A stretch of 61,293 nucleotides of DNA, filler included, from an uncultured Methanosarcinales archaeon (lineage in GTDB: Archaea; Nanobdellota; Nanobdellia; Woesearchaeales; GW2011-AR9): assembly GCA_964343575.1 (NCBI GenBank). It is 6 parts of 4 records of this genome, joined end to end, with 100 filler letters (N's around TTAATTAATTAA, not from the genome) between each part and the next. Parts side by side here need not be neighbours in the genome. Positions count along the whole stretch, not along the records: positions 1 to 2,284 come from CAYFJV010000002.1; positions 2,385 to 5,684 come from CAYFJV010000002.1; positions 5,785 to 31,489 come from CAYFJV010000002.1; 3 more parts are not named here. The stretch is one strand, 5' to 3'. Within the stretch, counting starts at the first letter, position 1, and each line of letters opens with the position of its first letter. The position numbers and the translations under genes were made by a program. Positions 1-9,311 of this stretch are shown in pieces. The notes below the pieces were generated by a model that saw nothing but the letters and a program-made list of their open reading frames with translations, ran no database searches and was not told the DNA's origin.

Positions 1-55
1 GCCGAAAAGTATTTATCTGACCACTACTTTACTAACAAGAATGAGTTCCCTCAAT
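1..55. repeat. 55-bp exact reverse-complement copy of 31590-31644 (probable assembly k-mer overlap)
   Basis: gccgaaaagt...ttccctcaat is the exact reverse complement of the first 55 nt of the contig starting at 31590. Confidence 0.95.
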
Positions 56-193
56 CGTATTCATCATTCATATCAGGTCCCAGATGACCTCACACTATCA
101 CACTCATCCGTTAATAACGATTTTGAGGAAAGCGTTATAATTCTGTAACGGAAATATAAATCTTTTGGTCTTGTGTTACTTAGAAGTAATGAC

Positions 194-222
194 AAAAAAG
201 GCAAGCTTCCTTGCTTTTTTTT
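194..222. terminator. Bidirectional hairpin/T-tract terminator candidate
   Basis: AAAAAAG-GCAAG-cttc-CTTGC-TTTTTTTT just downstream of the 246..725 (-) stop. Confidence 0.5.
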
Positions 223-245
223 ATTGGAGGCAAATTGTAGTTTTC

Positions 246-725
246 TTAGAGAATTACTGTTCCTCTGTGGATTTTAGGTAGAAAATTGAGGACTTTTTCT
301 TCTTTGAGCTTGGCAGAAGCAAAGACTTCTCCTTGGTAGCTGAGCAGTACTGGCTTATTCCCTTCTAAGCCAGGTTTGGGGAGATCTAGGCCTTGAAAAT
401 AGCTTTCCATCTCCTCTTTGCTCAGTTCAAGCACATTAAGGAGCTCTTTTTGGTCCTTTTTTGCTGCGTTGGCGAGCTGTTTTGCGCCCTCCATACTCAA
501 ACGAAAGCTGCTGCCTTCCTTATCCTCAGCAAAATAAATTCCATAACGGTCAACTTTGAGTTTTTCTAGTGGAAGGTTGGCTATATCTTTGTTTACAAGA
601 AAGATTTTTCCTTTGGTACTCTTGAGGTAGGCATAGTCTTTACTGAAGAAATAACCAAAATAAGAGAGTACTTGCTCTCGTAGACGTTTTATTTCCCTGC
701 TGTTGAGAATGTTCAGCTTTTGCAT
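246..725 (-). CDS. NIP7/RsmF-type pre-PUA/PUA domain protein (ribosome biogenesis)
   Basis: GIYFAE...FRLSMEGA, YFQGLDL and VLNFLPK pattern of archaeal NIP7/RsmF-C-like proteins. Confidence 0.6.
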   Translation of the reverse strand: MQKLNILNSREIKRLREQVLSYFGYFFSKDYAYLKSTKGKIFLVNKDIANLPLEKLKVDRYGIYFAEDKEGSSFRLSMEGAKQLANAAKKDQKELLNVLELSKEEMESYFQGLDLPKPGLEGNKPVLLSYQGEVFASAKLKEEKVLNFLPKIHRGTVIL

Positions 726-842
726 CTTTGTTAGTTGGAAGAGATTGCTTTAATAATTTATCCAAGAGATGGGGCTTGATGCTTATGAGAAGGGTGAAAT
801 AAGTAAGTGAAGTAGAAAGGAAAAAAGAAAAGGAAAAATTAC

Positions 843-1133
843 CTAGCGTTTTGCGTACTCAGCAAGACCCCAAATAATGAGTACAACCCCGATAAATTGT
901 GGCCAAGTTATCCATGCTCGCCATCCGTTAAGAAGTACAAGGATACCTAAAACTAAAAGCCAAAGTCCGCAACCGCAGCCTTTCTTTCGAGACATTGGCA
1001 TCATAGGAGAAGCTGCCATTGCTCTTGGTCTAGCTCTTGGACTTGCCCTTTTACTCACAACTTTTTTTCGAGAACGAGAAGGACTAGCTCTTCGAGTGCT
1101 TGCCTTTCTTCGTGTAGTTTTTCTTTTTGCCAT
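843..1133 (-). CDS. Small membrane protein with K/R-rich N-terminus and two TM helices
   Basis: Basic N-terminal tail, two hydrophobic segments, GAGGTG SD-like sequence upstream. Confidence 0.7.
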   Translation of the reverse strand: MAKRKTTRRKASTRRASPSRSRKKVVSKRASPRARPRAMAASPMMPMSRKKGCGCGLWLLVLGILVLLNGWRAWITWPQFIGVVLIIWGLAEYAKR

Positions 1134-1346
1134 AAATCTAACACCTCTTTGAGCGGAGTACCAAGCAGCAGTGCGCTACATTGAGCGTAAGCTAGCTTTG
1201 CCGCCATTTGTTTGCTAGAAGGACTGTTTTTTGGTTTATAAATCTTGTTATTCATATTAGAGGAGAGGTTTGCTTGAAGTTTTTGTGGGGCTTTGTCCTT
1301 TGAAGTGCAGTTAACACAGACCTAACATGAATTTATGTAGAAAAGC

Positions 1347-2284
1347 TTAGAACAAATATTTTACAAAGTAAAGAAAGCGAGGTTCTCTGAGGAGAAGTTG
1401 AGTTACAAGAGGAATAGGGTTATCTCTTGCATAGGTTGAGAGCACTTTTTTGATTTTCTCTTGTTTGACAAGAGAAAGGAGTTTATCCCAATCCTCATCG
1501 CCGAACTTATCTAATATGTTTCTCAATTTAAGATGAAGCCAAAGTCTTCTTCGAATGGGAGCAAGTGCCCTCTTGTAATCTTTTCCTTTTTTTTGATTGT
1601 CTTTTCCTTTGCTCTCAATGCACTTTGCAAGAATCTGCGCTGCGTCTAAACCAGGGACCAAACCTCCCAAAGTCGTTGCCTTCACTTGCCCTGCAGCATC
1701 ACCAAGAAGATAACAATTCTCTTTTTGAAGTCTTTGTCTTGGGTGGTAGACAGGAATGGTTCCGGCCTGCATTTCTTGAATGGTATCTTTCTTGAAGTTG
1801 TGTTGCTCCATAAACTTGTCAAAAAGTTGACGACTATTTTTCTTGCTTCCAAGGCCAACCCTTGCAGTTGTTTTTGATTCCGGAACAATCCATGCAAAAA
1901 GATCAGGGCAGAGGCTTTGTGAGAGCAGAGCAGTGTAAGCTTGGTGGTCTGAAAAATCTCCTTTAATCACTGCTTGTATGCCAAAGTAGTTTTCTCGTTT
2001 TTTGTGATAGAAATTGTAAGCTTTTGCAGTCTTACTTAAGGGACCGTCTGCTGCAATAACAATGTCTGGTTGAATGCTGATCTCTTTTTTTGTTCTGAGG
2101 TTTTTGATAATGAGAGTTGGATTTTGTGAGCCATCTTTGTTGTCTTTACTTTCTTCCTTTCTCAAAAAGCTGTGTTGTAAGTGGATCTTTGCCCCCGCTT
2201 TTTGCGCAAGCTTTCCAAAGAATTGATCAAACTTAGTTCGACAAACAAGATATTCCTTTTGTGGGATTGTTGTTTGGTGTTTTG
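1347..2284 (-). CDS. Geranylgeranyl reductase family FAD oxidoreductase (5'-truncated by contig end)
   Basis: Frame stays open to the contig edge (CRTKFDQFF); IAADG, FAWIVP and LLGDAAGQVKATTLGG motifs. Confidence 0.85.
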
Positions 2285-2384
2285 NNNNNNNNNNNNNNNN
2301 NNNNNNNNNNNNNNNNNNNNNNNNNNNNTTAATTAATTAANNNNNNNNNNNNNNNNNNNNNNNNNNNNNNNNNNNNNNNNNNNN
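2285..2384. other. Artificial contig linker (N-TTAATTAATTAA-N)
   Basis: 100-nt N run with an all-frame stop cassette. Confidence 0.99.
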
Positions 2385-2519
2385 ATCTGCAGCGAAAGGT
2401 TCTGGGATTTTAGCGGGCCTTAGGTGCATAATTCCCAAATCTTGAAGCGTTGTGAGAAGAGATCGCTTCTCTTCTTGTTTTGCTATGATCCTAACAAGGT
2501 GAAGTTTTGCGCTTAACAT
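2385..2519 (-). CDS. atpI: A/V-type ATP synthase subunit I, N-terminal fragment
   Basis: MLSAKLHLVRII...LLTTLQDLGIMHL matches the subunit I N-terminus; follows a subunit H-like gene. Confidence 0.6.
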
Positions 2520-2542
2520 TTTTATGCTCTACTATTCCCCGC

Positions 2543-2884
2543 CTATACTAAATTTCTTAACACGTCACTGAATATTCTCTCAGCAACTTCTTCTGGATTG
2601 ACATTTCTCATCCAACTTCTTCTAAGTGCAACGTCGCGCCGTAGTTCTTCAATGATATCTTGGGCCTCTCTTTGTGCCTGATTGAGTTCTTCTTTGGCAG
2701 AGATCTCTGCTTGAGTAATTATTTTTTCATAAACTCCTTGAGCTTTTTTCTTAGAAGTATTGATTCTTTTCTCAACGGAACGCTTGGTTTGGCGCAGCTT
2801 CTTTTCCCAGGTTTCTTCGAGGGAGCCAAGTTGCTCAATTCTAAGCTTATCTTCCATTACATTTTTGGCTTTTGCCCATGCCAC
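2543..2884 (-). CDS. A/V-type ATP synthase subunit H/G-like coiled-coil protein
   Basis: Charged helical stalk-like sequence directly upstream of atpI; start may be the Met at 2857. Confidence 0.5.
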   Translation of the reverse strand: MAWAKAKNVMEDKLRIEQLGSLEETWEKKLRQTKRSVEKRINTSKKKAQGVYEKIITQAEISAKEELNQAQREAQDIIEELRRDVALRRSWMRNVNPEEVAERIFSDVLRNLV

Positions 2885-2960
2885 ATATAAGAGTAACCTA
2901 AAGAGACTAAATAGCTTTCGTTTTTCTCCCCTGTTTCTGTCTGTTTTTGCTTTGTTTTTA

Positions 2961-4610
2961 TCACATTTTGCTTAACAATTCTCTTGCTCTGTGAAGGCCA
3001 AGTACTTTTGCAGCAACAAAAGCTCCAGACATAAGCGCACCAACCACGCCAACAGAAAGAGCATCCTGCCCGGCCAGGTAAAGATTTTCTATGGGGGTAT
3101 TTATCTGCATCCAAGGGTGCTTGTAGCGCTGCGGGGTTGGAGCCACTCCATAAATCTCGCCTTTCTGATAAGCTGCGAAGTGTTTTGTTGAAAGCGGCGT
3201 TGAAAGTTCATGATAAAGCACTTTTCCTTTGAGTTGAGGGATCCTTTGGTAGAGTTTGTTAAGAAGTCTTTTCGTTATTTCTTCTTTGATCTGTTCGTAG
3301 TTTTCTCCTCTTTGTTTCCAGGAAGTATTTTCCCATTCTTTGAAAAGCTCGAAAGACGCCGGTACAATCATTTCTACTGTGGAGAGTTTGGGGTGCTTTT
3401 CTTTCCATTTTGGATCTTTTGTTGAAGGAAAAGAAATGTAAAGTACAGGGAAGGGTTGGTTTTGATCCTTGAGATAATTTTTTGCGTTTTGATCATGTTT
3501 TTCATCTTGGTAAATCCAAAGATTAGCACTCTCTAAATTAAGCTCTTCTTGAGAACCATCTAGACCAATGTAAAGACAATAATGGGCCATAGAATGTTTA
3601 AGTGTTTTGAGCTCTTGACTTACCTTAAGTTTTTCTTTCATTTCTTTTGGAAGAAGCTTTTGATAGCTATTTGGGACACCGACTGCACTAATAATGGTGT
3701 CTGCTGTGATTTTTTTTCCTTCCTTATTCTTATTGCTTCCTTTGTTTTCGAGAAGAATGCCAATTGCTTTGTTATCTTCGATAAGAATCTCTTCTACCGG
3801 AGCAAGTGTGAGTACTTGGCCACCATATTTTTCTATGGTTTTCGTGAGCGTTGTTGCAATTTGTCTTGCACCCCCAATGGGGTAAGCTGCGCCATCAAAA
3901 AAGTGTTGCACTAACATCGCGTGCATGCTAAAACTTGATTCTTCAGGAGTTGAGCCATAATCTCCCCACTGGCCGGCAAGAACCGCTTTAAGAAGGTTGT
4001 TTTTAGTTATATCGTCAAGAACTTCCTTGGTTGTTTTGTTTGACCATTTGAAGAATTTCCTTGCAAGAAGAGTTGTTGTTAGCTTCTGAAGAGGCTTTGG
4101 AAGCAGTTGAGGGATGTAATATTTTTTTCTTGCATCGTTTGTTGCTTGGAGTGCTTGAAAATATTTGTCAATTGCTTGCTGTTCTTTTGGAAAATACTCT
4201 TTAAGTTTTTTTTTGAGCTCTTCTTCTCCTTTTGGAAAATTGAATTCTTTTTCTCCAATAATTATTTTATCATAAACGGGGCCAAACTCTTGCCACTTGA
4301 GTTGGCCTTCAGTGAGGTAGTCAAACATTTTTCTTGGTGGGCTGTCTTTGAGGTGAACTTTTCCAATGTAATGTAAGCCAACGTCCCACTCAAAAGTGTT
4401 CCCTTGGTGTTTTCTTTGAAAGGTGTGGGTGAATCCCCCTGCAGTGTAATGTTGCTCAAGTACAAGCACTTTTTTTCCTGCTTTTGCAAGAGCTGCAGCT
4501 GCGCCAAGGCCCCCTGCACCTGATCCAATGATGATGATGTCGTAATGGTCTTTGAGCTGACCTTTTACTTCTGCCTTAGTTAGAGGGGTTCCCACCAAAA
4601 TGTTTGCCAT
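2961..4610 (-). CDS. Phytoene dehydrogenase-like / retinol saturase-like FAD oxidoreductase
   Basis: GSGAGG, LEQHYTAGGFTHTF, WDVGLHYIG, STPLST and LYLAGQD motifs. Confidence 0.85.
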   Translation of the reverse strand: MANILVGTPLTKAEVKGQLKDHYDIIIIGSGAGGLGAAAALAKAGKKVLVLEQHYTAGGFTHTFQRKHQGNTFEWDVGLHYIGKVHLKDSPPRKMFDYLTEGQLKWQEFGPVYDKIIIGEKEFNFPKGEEELKKKLKEYFPKEQQAIDKYFQALQATNDARKKYYIPQLLPKPLQKLTTTLLARKFFKWSNKTTKEVLDDITKNNLLKAVLAGQWGDYGSTPEESSFSMHAMLVQHFFDGAAYPIGGARQIATTLTKTIEKYGGQVLTLAPVEEILIEDNKAIGILLENKGSNKNKEGKKITADTIISAVGVPNSYQKLLPKEMKEKLKVSQELKTLKHSMAHYCLYIGLDGSQEELNLESANLWIYQDEKHDQNAKNYLKDQNQPFPVLYISFPSTKDPKWKEKHPKLSTVEMIVPASFELFKEWENTSWKQRGENYEQIKEEITKRLLNKLYQRIPQLKGKVLYHELSTPLSTKHFAAYQKGEIYGVAPTPQRYKHPWMQINTPIENLYLAGQDALSVGVVGALMSGAFVAAKVLGLHRARELLSKM

Positions 4611-4663
4611 AATGTTAGAAGAAGGGGTTGGTTCTTAAGTTTTTGGAGAAAGAAAGAGTTGTT

Positions 4664-5536
4664 TTATTGCGTCTCTTTAAGCACTGCCCAATCAACAAGC
4701 ACTTCTGAAATACTGTTTAGGGATCTTACAATTCGCTTAAGACTGTAGGTATCTATGTCCTTTACTTTTACTTGCTGCAGTTGCGCTACTTTATCCAGAA
4801 AAGGTTGAATGGTAGTTACATTGAGTTTTTTGTTGTCCTCTTCGAAGAATGTTTTGAGATCAGTAAGTATTGTGTTGATTTTTTTGATCTGTTTATCTGG
4901 AATGGTACAAAGGAGAAGCAAGTGGTCTGCAATTGATTCCAATTCTTTTGCGATAAGAGAGATGTAATGCACCTCAATGGTTTTTCGTTTTGCTTTTGCA
5001 GGGTGAGTTAGTGCGCTGGTTACTGCCTTATTGATGAGGATTTCTGTTCTATCGATCTCTTCTTCATAGCGTTCAAGTAGAGCTCGTGGCGCCTTTTTGC
5101 TGAGGACAAGAACTAAATTTTTTAGCTTTCTGAGCATGGTAATGAGTAAAGAAGAAGGATCATTTGCTGGAAGAGAAGATTCGCAAGTGATAGAATTTCC
5201 TTCAATTTCTACAAGGGCAAGGCTGAGCAAATCTTTTTGAGTGAGAAGGGCAGTAAAATCTTTTTCTTGCTCGAGGGTGATAGAAAATGCTTCTGCTGGA
5301 CTGGTGTAGCAAGCAATGATAAGTTTGTGCAAGGTATCATTGTTTTTGCTCTGACATCTGAGTTTGAGTTTGATGGGTTTTTGTTTTTTTACCTGAGGGT
5401 AAAGCGCTAAGGATCCATCAACATTGGTTTGAATCCCAATCTTGGATTGTCCTGAAATTTTATGCTCTTTACACCACTTGGTTGGAAGGTATAAATAGTG
5501 CATATCTGCTGTTCTTTGAACCTTTCTGCTCTCCAT
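4664..5536 (-). CDS. AbrB-PhoU phosphate uptake regulator
   Basis: N-terminal RKVQRT..YLYLPTKW AbrB-like domain; EEEIDR and ELESIADH PhoU motifs. Confidence 0.75.
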   Translation of the reverse strand: MESRKVQRTADMHYLYLPTKWCKEHKISGQSKIGIQTNVDGSLALYPQVKKQKPIKLKLRCQSKNNDTLHKLIIACYTSPAEAFSITLEQEKDFTALLTQKDLLSLALVEIEGNSITCESSLPANDPSSLLITMLRKLKNLVLVLSKKAPRALLERYEEEIDRTEILINKAVTSALTHPAKAKRKTIEVHYISLIAKELESIADHLLLLCTIPDKQIKKINTILTDLKTFFEEDNKKLNVTTIQPFLDKVAQLQQVKVKDIDTYSLKRIVRSLNSISEVLVDWAVLKETQ

Positions 5537-5684
5537 ACTCTTTAGCCTAAAGAGGTTGTTTTAAAAACGTTTGGGGGATTTTTAGAATTCTTATTTTTCT
5601 AAGAGAATTGCCTTGTTAATCTTGAGGTGCGCAGTGTGTTTGTCTTCTTCGATGATCTCTGCTTGCTCTATTTTTACTCTCTTC

Positions 5685-5784
5685 NNNNNNNNNNNNNNNN
5701 NNNNNNNNNNNNNNNNNNNNNNNNNNNNTTAATTAATTAANNNNNNNNNNNNNNNNNNNNNNNNNNNNNNNNNNNNNNNNNNNN
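5685..5784. other. Artificial contig linker
   Basis: N-TTAATTAATTAA-N. Confidence 0.99.
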
Positions 5785-5785
5785 T

Positions 5786-7543
5786 TTGGATACTGAAATC
5801 TCATCTAATGAAATCCTTGATAATGGGGGAGATGGTTTGTTCTTTTCTTTAGATGGGATTGATGGTGTTGACCTTAGAAATAATATTGTGGAAGGAAATA
5901 ATCGCGGTTTTGTTTTACTTGCAGGGGAGCATTATACTATTGAGGATAACACTTTTTGTGGCAGTAATGGTTTGGACTTTCAGTGTTCTTTGGACCTTGG
6001 TTCTGGTGTTGCAGGAGGAGTTTCTGGAAGTGGTAACTTGATTGGTGAGCCCGGAGAAGTAACTTCTTGTGAAGATTGGCCAGACATGACTACTGGGGAT
6101 AACTTTTATTGTGATGGCTCTTATGATTTAACTGTTAGTAGTTGTGAATTTACAATCTCTGATTCAGATGTTACTTACTTTTTGAACCAAGACCTTCATT
6201 GTTCTGGAGCGACAAATCCTGCAATAACGATTGGTGGGGATAGGGTTGTGCTTGATTGTCAAGGCCATACACTTTTTGGGACGGGAAGCCATGAAGAAGG
6301 AATTCGTGTTGAAGGAGATGATGTTGTTGTTCAAAATTGTATTGTTAACGACTTTGTGTATGGTATCAATGTCTTTGGTTCAGCTGCTCAAATATTGACT
6401 AACACGGTGACTGAAACGAACTTTGATGGGATTGTTCTTTCTGGAACAAGCGGAGTTCTTGTTCAAGAAAACAATGTGCTTTCAAGTGGTGCGAAAGGGA
6501 TCTCTATGGTGGGAACTTTTGCATCTCAGATTTTAGATAATTACATCACAGAGAGTGGTGATGATAACCTTTTCTTGACTGGTTCTTATGAAAACTTTAT
6601 TCAACGAAATGAAGTTTTGGATTCCGGCGCTGACGGAATGAGCTTTATTGCTTCTTCAGGAGACAACTTTGTTGAAGCAAATGTTGTTACTGGAAACGAC
6701 CGAGGAGTTTTTGTTGAAGATTCTTTTGCTAATGAATTTCGAGATAACACGATCAGCACTAATAATAAACGGGGTGTGAGTCTTCAAGCAGGAAGTTCGA
6801 GCGCTTTGAATGGAAATACTATCGAGAGTAATGGTCTGCGTGGTGTATCTGTGCATGATTCTACTTTAGTAAGTTTGTTTGATAACGTGATCTGTGACAA
6901 TGGTGCAGAGGATTTCTTTTGTAAATCCGATGATGGATCTACTGTGAGTGGAACAGATAATAGTTTTGGAATGAGTTTGGATGATCTTGGCATGTGTGCT
7001 AGTGGTTGGCCCGACTTAGCTGTTGGTGATAATTTCTTTTGTGATGGGAGTTTGTATGATCCGAGCGTTTCTGTGCAATTTGATGCTTGTGGAAACCCCT
7101 ATGGGGATGTTAACGGGGATGGTAGTATTAGTAGTGATGATTTAACCATGCTTTTGTACGTCTTGGATGCTGGCGTTGACTCTGACTGTGGTGAGAGTTC
7201 AACTCAGTTGGTTTGTGATTATAGCACTTTTGGCTACTATGCTTGTGACAATGGGGTAATGTACACGATGGCGAGCCCAACAGATTTTAGTTACTCTACA
7301 GAGACTTGCCTGGATAGTATTTGTACTCCTTTAGGAGACATTAGCCAAGACTCAAGTTTAGATGGAAATGATGTCTCTCTCTTGCTTTATGTTTTGGATG
7401 CTGGTGTTGATTCAAGTTGTGGTGGGTCTGGAGAGCAGATTTGTGATTATAGCACCTTTGGTTATTTTGTTTGTGATAGTGGTTTAGTTTATACGATGTC
7501 AAGTCCAAGCGACTTTACTCATCAAGGAGAAATTTGTAGCTGA
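5786..7543 (+). CDS. Secreted beta-helix (NosD/CASH-like) protein with two dockerin/EF-hand-like Cys repeats (5'-partial)
   Basis: GI..N.I..N parallel beta-helix repeats; duplicated GD(V/I)..D.S....D...LLYVLDAGVDS.C...CDYSTFGY module. Confidence 0.75.
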   Translation: MDTEISSNEILDNGGDGLFFSLDGIDGVDLRNNIVEGNNRGFVLLAGEHYTIEDNTFCGSNGLDFQCSLDLGSGVAGGVSGSGNLIGEPGEVTSCEDWPDMTTGDNFYCDGSYDLTVSSCEFTISDSDVTYFLNQDLHCSGATNPAITIGGDRVVLDCQGHTLFGTGSHEEGIRVEGDDVVVQNCIVNDFVYGINVFGSAAQILTNTVTETNFDGIVLSGTSGVLVQENNVLSSGAKGISMVGTFASQILDNYITESGDDNLFLTGSYENFIQRNEVLDSGADGMSFIASSGDNFVEANVVTGNDRGVFVEDSFANEFRDNTISTNNKRGVSLQAGSSSALNGNTIESNGLRGVSVHDSTLVSLFDNVICDNGAEDFFCKSDDGSTVSGTDNSFGMSLDDLGMCASGWPDLAVGDNFFCDGSLYDPSVSVQFDACGNPYGDVNGDGSISSDDLTMLLYVLDAGVDSDCGESSTQLVCDYSTFGYYACDNGVMYTMASPTDFSYSTETCLDSICTPLGDISQDSSLDGNDVSLLLYVLDAGVDSSCGGSGEQICDYSTFGYFVCDSGLVYTMSSPSDFTHQGEICS

Positions 7544-7644
7544 GTTGAGCTTAGTTCTTTGTTTGGTGGCTGTGGAAGGACAGGAAAGATTGAGAAAAAT
7601 TAAATAAGGAAAAATGTTTTCAGTGATTTGGAGATTGGTGATAT

Positions 7645-9162
7645 ATGAAAAATAGAAAAGCTTTGCTCTTGAGATTGTTCTTGTTTTCTTGCGTTTTTTT
7701 GGTTTCACTTAGCTTTGCTTTTGCAGCAGAGGTTGACTTTGGAGCTTATGTTGATTCCGATCAAGATGGAGTTATTGATGCGGGTTCTGTTACTGTTGGG
7801 GATACTTTTGATTTAATCATTTTGGTAGATGTTGATACTTTATCCCCAGTCAATCAGTTAGAGTTTACCTTAACTCCTGATCCTGGTGCGACGGTTATTG
7901 GAGCAAGCTCTGGGCCAATTCTTGCTGATGCAACTCCTTATTATGATACAGATGTTGCTGAAGGTGGTTGGAAATATGGGGAAGCTTGTGCTTTGTGTCA
8001 AGAGTTTGGAGAGAATCTTCATTTTGTTACCCTCACTTTGACTGCAGATAGTGTTGGAGAAGTTGACTTTACCTTCACAGGTTTGCTTGCAAAGTCGGGA
8101 GCTTTTGTTCGAACAACCACTATTGTAAATCCTTCTCCTGTAAGTATCGAAGCTGCTGGTCCCTTCGACACTACTGCTCCTATAGTAGAGATTATCCCAA
8201 TGGATGGTTCTGTGGAAATTCATGAAAGTGTTCAAGGGGTATTTACCTTCAGTGAAGAAGTTCAAATGGTTGGAGGAGTTTCTTTGGAGTCTGCCCTAGG
8301 TGACGTTGTCCTTCTTGAAAAGGCAGCCGTTCGAGGAGTTTACCTTCCTTACACTTTTGATTATAATCCTTTGGTTTATGAGGGGACGATAGTTCCTGAT
8401 GCGCCTCTTTTAGAGGGAGAGGTTTACATTATTACAGTTCTTGGTGACTCTGTGGAAGATATGGCGGGTAATCTTTTAGCAGAAACTACCTCTACGTTTA
8501 CTGTAATGGAGGCTGCTGATACCATCGCTCCTGTCCTTTCTTATGTTCCTGAACAGGGCGCGTCAGATGTTCCAGTTGATACTGTTTTAACTGTTTCTGC
8601 AAATGAGCCAGTTGTGGCTAGTGCACCCTTAGAAGATGTTTTTTCCTTATACGATCTTTCTTTACTTGATTTTGTTGACGTTCGAATTAGTTTTGATGGG
8701 GTTGATACTTTCCAAATTCTTCAAATTAGCGGTGATTTTAGTTATGGTACTCACTACTCTTTAATCATTGAAGCTGCTCTTATTGAAGATCTTGCAGGTA
8801 ACGTTGTTTCTACTTTCTCGAACCCCATAGTTCAGTTTAGCACCGAATCTGCCCCTAGCGTTGACTTTGGTTCTTTTGCAACTCTGACTGACTGCTCTGC
8901 TGCTTTTGGAATATGGTACGGGGAACATTGTTACGATCCACTTCTTGTTGATGTTGATGGAAGCGGTAGCGTTGATGTTACTGATGCAAGCACCTTTAGT
9001 TCAGTGATCTTAGCTGGTGCGTTTGGCCAGGGTCATGCTGTTTTGGATAGTGTTTCTCCAATTGGAGATGGCGCTTCACTTGATTTTGACAATGATGGAG
9101 TTCTAGGTTGGGAAGATATCAAAACCTTTACTTATCTTTATTTCAATCAGCCAAGCTCTTAG
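7645..9162 (+). CDS. Secreted protein: cohesin-like N-domain, Big_5/Ig-like repeats, C-terminal dockerin-like domain
   Basis: Signal peptide; VTVGDTFDLII...FVTLTLTA cohesin-like strands; FSEEV/EDMAGN Ig repeats; DVDGSGSVDVTD and DFDNDG loops. Confidence 0.65.
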   Translation: MKNRKALLLRLFLFSCVFLVSLSFAFAAEVDFGAYVDSDQDGVIDAGSVTVGDTFDLIILVDVDTLSPVNQLEFTLTPDPGATVIGASSGPILADATPYYDTDVAEGGWKYGEACALCQEFGENLHFVTLTLTADSVGEVDFTFTGLLAKSGAFVRTTTIVNPSPVSIEAAGPFDTTAPIVEIIPMDGSVEIHESVQGVFTFSEEVQMVGGVSLESALGDVVLLEKAAVRGVYLPYTFDYNPLVYEGTIVPDAPLLEGEVYIITVLGDSVEDMAGNLLAETTSTFTVMEAADTIAPVLSYVPEQGASDVPVDTVLTVSANEPVVASAPLEDVFSLYDLSLLDFVDVRISFDGVDTFQILQISGDFSYGTHYSLIIEAALIEDLAGNVVSTFSNPIVQFSTESAPSVDFGSFATLTDCSAAFGIWYGEHCYDPLLVDVDGSGSVDVTDASTFSSVILAGAFGQGHAVLDSVSPIGDGASLDFDNDGVLGWEDIKTFTYLYFNQPSS

Positions 9163-9311
9163 CTAATTTTTTTGTGCTTTGTTCTTTATTTCTTGTTTGG
9201 GCTGGTTGTTTTTTTGTCTTTGAGGGTTCTCTTTGAAGAAACTTTATATACTCAAGAGTGCTCCTTTTGCCATTGAATTGCCTTGTTTGGGCTTTGGTGT
9301 GTGGTGACAGG

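Noticed and set aside
41..148. 35-codon ORF MSSLNRIHH... after a BRE-TATA-like sequence
   Set aside because: Too short and no recognisable motif
2285..2384. Recurrent TTAATTAATTAA palindrome inside N runs (five copies)
   Set aside because: Artificial contig-joining linker; genes on either side cannot be assumed adjacent
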